DNA of 64,000 bases from Alphaproteobacteria bacterium (GTDB lineage Bacteria; Pseudomonadota; Alphaproteobacteria; UBA7887): positions 1,728,001 through 1,792,000 of the forward strand of contig CBDCGL010000011.1 in the NCBI GenBank assembly GCA_965216755.1. The letters are read 5' to 3'. The position numbers were made by a program, and so were the translations under genes. Positions within the stretch are counted from its first letter, which is position 1; each line of letters begins with the position of its first letter. This document shows, piece by piece, positions 61,426-64,000 of this stretch. The notes under the pieces were generated by a model. That model saw only the letters and a program-made list of their open reading frames with translations. It did not search any database and was not told where the DNA came from.

Positions 61426-61761
61426 CTATTGCTCGCCGATTGTCACATCGCGGCGCCCATCAGCAAATTGAATTTCGCGCTCCACGGCCGCGACACGCAA
61501 CGTAAATGACTCAAATATCTCGGCTTTACCCCGATCTTGGGCGGCCTGATGCGGCCCGTGACGTCGCCACGCGTCGATGGCGTCCAGATCCCGCCACAGG
61601 GAAATCGAAACATACTTGTCCGGGTCGGATACGCTTTGAAAGCGCTCAATTCCCATGAAACCGTCGATGCCATCCAGGGCCACCCGCAACTGGGCGGCCA
61701 ACGCGAAATAGGCGTCCGATTGGCTCGCTTTGGTGCGAAGTTCAAATATGACCATGTGCAT
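61426..61761 (-). CDS. Antibiotic biosynthesis monooxygenase (ABM) family protein
   Basis: VIFE, IDGF.GIERF.S, SISLWRD..AI.AWR...H..AQ..G. Confidence 0.88.
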   Translation of the reverse strand: MHMVIFELRTKASQSDAYFALAAQLRVALDGIDGFMGIERFQSVSDPDKYVSISLWRDLDAIDAWRRHGPHQAAQDRGKAEIFESFTLRVAAVEREIQFADGRRDVTIGEQ

Positions 61762-61851
61762 GACGCAGTCCCTGATACCCGTGGATATATTTACGATAGC
61801 CGCTTGGCTCAGCCCTTTACCCAAGTCCTCTAGCTGACCATAGTGGCGCCC

Positions 61852-62427
61852 ATGGCGATACTGAAAATTGCCCAAATGGGCCATCCCATCCTGGCGCGGC
61901 GTGCCGACCCGGTTGCCAATCCAGATGCGGCCGAGATCAAATCCCTGATCCGCCATATGCGCGAAACGCTGGACGACGCGGGGGGAGTCGGTCTTGCCGC
62001 ACCGCAAGTGCATGTGCCGCTGAGGGTTTTGATCTTCGAAGCACCGGCGACCCGGATCGGCCCCGACGAGGCCGAGAGCGCGGCGGAGCCACGTCGCGTC
62101 CTGATCAATCCAGAGTTGGATGTCGTCGGCGACGACATGGAGATCGGTTGGGAGGGCTGTCTGTCGGTCGAGGGGCTGCGAGGTGCCGTGCCACGCTACA
62201 CCCATATCCGCTATCGCGGCCTGTCAGACGATGGCGAAATGATCGAGCGCGAGGCCCACGGCTTTCATGCGCGGGTTTTTCAGCACGAATTCGACCATCT
62301 TGATGGCATTCTGTATCCGATGCGCATGACCGACTTGTCGACTCTTCATTTTGTCAGTGAAATGCGGTTTCACCCGGGCGCGATGGGTCCCGATCCGAAC
62401 ACGGATGCGAAGGGAGAAGATGACTGA
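61852..62427 (+). CDS. def: Peptide deformylase
   Basis: GVGLAAPQ, EGCLS, QHEFDHLDG. Confidence 0.97.
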   Translation: MAILKIAQMGHPILARRADPVANPDAAEIKSLIRHMRETLDDAGGVGLAAPQVHVPLRVLIFEAPATRIGPDEAESAAEPRRVLINPELDVVGDDMEIGWEGCLSVEGLRGAVPRYTHIRYRGLSDDGEMIEREAHGFHARVFQHEFDHLDGILYPMRMTDLSTLHFVSEMRFHPGAMGPDPNTDAKGEDD

Positions 62428-63076
62428 CGCACCAAGACATCCGCACGCAGCGGCCCGTGTCGCTATACTGGCCGCCGCTTTGCAGCGTATTCCATTTGAA
62501 GGCTGGACAGCGCAATGCGTTGCCCGCGCGACGCGTGACGCCGGATTCGAACCGACGATGGCCGGACGTGCCTTTCCGCACGGTGTCCGCGATTTACTGG
62601 AATTGTTCCTTGAGGACGCAGACGCCCAAATGGTTGCGGCGCTGGAAAAGCAGAATCTCACGGCTTTGCCGGTTCGAGAACGCATTGCGCGCGCCGTTCG
62701 GATCCGCCTGGAACAGCAAAGCGAAAATCGGGAGACCATCCGGCGCGCCATCGCTTTGCAAGCAACACCGCAATACGTACCGTCGGCGAGCCGCGCGCTG
62801 GCGCGTACGGTTGACCTCATGTGGCGCGCGGCCGGCGATAGCGCGACGGATTTCAACTATTACACGAAGCGCGGCTTGCTGGCCGGAGTCTATACCAGCA
62901 CCACGTTTTATTGGCTCAGCGATCGTTCGTCCGGCAACGCCGCGACATGGCAATTTCTCGATCGTCGGATCGAAAATGTCATGGCAATCCAGAAGTTGCG
63001 CGCTCGATTCGAAAAACGGCTTGCATCTTTAAACCCCGTTTTGCGGCGCGTTCTTGCGCGCCACGGGTCGCGCTAA
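62420..63076 (+). CDS. COQ9-family (rpsU-divergent) protein
   Basis: PFEGWT, WRAAGDSATDFNYYTKR, T..FLDRRIENVM. Confidence 0.92.
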   Translation: MTDAPRHPHAAARVAILAAALQRIPFEGWTAQCVARATRDAGFEPTMAGRAFPHGVRDLLELFLEDADAQMVAALEKQNLTALPVRERIARAVRIRLEQQSENRETIRRAIALQATPQYVPSASRALARTVDLMWRAAGDSATDFNYYTKRGLLAGVYTSTTFYWLSDRSSGNAATWQFLDRRIENVMAIQKLRARFEKRLASLNPVLRRVLARHGSR

Positions 63077-63088
63077 CCTGTGGACGGA

Positions 63089-64000
63089 TTATTTCAGTCG
63101 CGTGACATGGCCCATCTTGCGCCCCGGCCGGATCTCCTTTTTGCCGTAGAGGTGTAAACGCGCCCCAGGTTCGGCCGATATTTCCGGCCAGGCGCGCACC
63201 GCATCGCCGATCAGGTTCGTCATGACCGCATCGGCCTGACGTGCAACGGACCCCAACGGCAAACCGCAAATGGCGCGCACAACCTGTTCAAACTGGCTTG
63301 TCGCGCAGGCATCCAGGGTCCAGTGACCTGAGTTGTGCGGGCGCGGCGCCAATTCGTTGACGAGCACGCGACCAGCGTGGGTGACAAACATCTCAACCGC
63401 TAGTAAGCCAACCAAGTCAAGCGCTTCCGCAATTTGGCGCGCGATTTCGTCGGCGGCGGAAGCAACGCGTTTCGCTACCGGCGCCGGCACGATGGTCCGA
63501 TCCAAAACATGATTGGCATGATGGTTCTCAACGGCGTCATAGGTGGCCATTTGGCCGTCGACCCCGCGGGCGACGATGACCGAAATCTCGCGCTCGAAAT
63601 CGACAAAAGCCTCAACGATCCCGCGGTCACCACCCATGGTTTTCCAGGCCGTCCCGACGTCGGCCTGATCGTCGATCCGTACCTGTCCCTTGCCGTCATA
63701 TCCCATCCGAGCGGTCTTGAGGACAGCCGGTAATCCGATTCCATCAAGAGCTGATGCGATCGCAGCGGCATCGGCGACCTCCGAGAAATCCGTGGTCGCG
63801 ACGCCAATACCGCGCAGAAAAGACTTTTCGGCGATCCGATCCTGTGCGACCGCAAGAATGTTGGCGCTTGGGCGCACGGGCACGCGTTCCGCTAGCCACG
63901 CAACGGGTGCAACCGGAAGATTCTCGAATTCCAATGTGACGACGTCGACACGCGCCGCGAAGTCAGCCAGGGCCAACTCGTCACCATATGGCGCAGTGGT
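63089..64000 (-). CDS. purK: N5-CAIR synthetase (5' end truncated by window)
   Basis: TLEFEN, QDRIAEK, GYDGKGQ, NELAPRPHNSGH, LYGK...RPGRKMGH. Confidence 0.96.
   Translation of the reverse strand, partial: TTAPYGDELALADFAARVDVVTLEFENLPVAPVAWLAERVPVRPSANILAVAQDRIAEKSFLRGIGVATTDFSEVADAAAIASALDGIGLPAVLKTARMGYDGKGQVRIDDQADVGTAWKTMGGDRGIVEAFVDFEREISVIVARGVDGQMATYDAVENHHANHVLDRTIVPAPVAKRVASAADEIARQIAEALDLVGLLAVEMFVTHAGRVLVNELAPRPHNSGHWTLDACATSQFEQVVRAICGLPLGSVARQADAVMTNLIGDAVRAWPEISAEPGARLHLYGKKEIRPGRKMGHVTRLK

Overview
GC-rich alphaproteobacterial chromosome segment, probably Rhodospirillales-like (inferred from rpsU-def-COQ9-purK synteny and three-gene pntAA/AB/B). It holds about 63 CDS. I found no rRNA, tRNA, CRISPR array or intact transposase. 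Left to right: a cytochrome b/PepSY pair under a divergent OmpR-family two-component system; a Lap/Agg-type type I secretion system with only a small acidic candidate substrate; a complete nickel-pincer cluster (larC-larE-larB-larA) behind dusA; a GntR-DUF6166-sterol desaturase unit with a repeated operator; a run of catabolic/tailoring enzymes; a branched-chain-type ABC transporter; an orphan Hpt-REC-REC protein; three decayed genes; a SAM-cyclase-AAA-TPR protein with an altered active site; and housekeeping genes at the right end. The most novel-looking unit is a four-gene minus-strand cluster at 48294-51264. It encodes a soluble MglB-like roadblock protein, an ODP-type di-iron protein, a membrane-anchored OmpA-C protein and a membrane-anchored roadblock protein, with no MglA GTPase or chemoreceptor in the window. 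A perfect 33-bp inverted repeat at 20574-20681 looks like a REPIN/MITE-like element. Family calls come from motif recognition by eye; no database searches were run.
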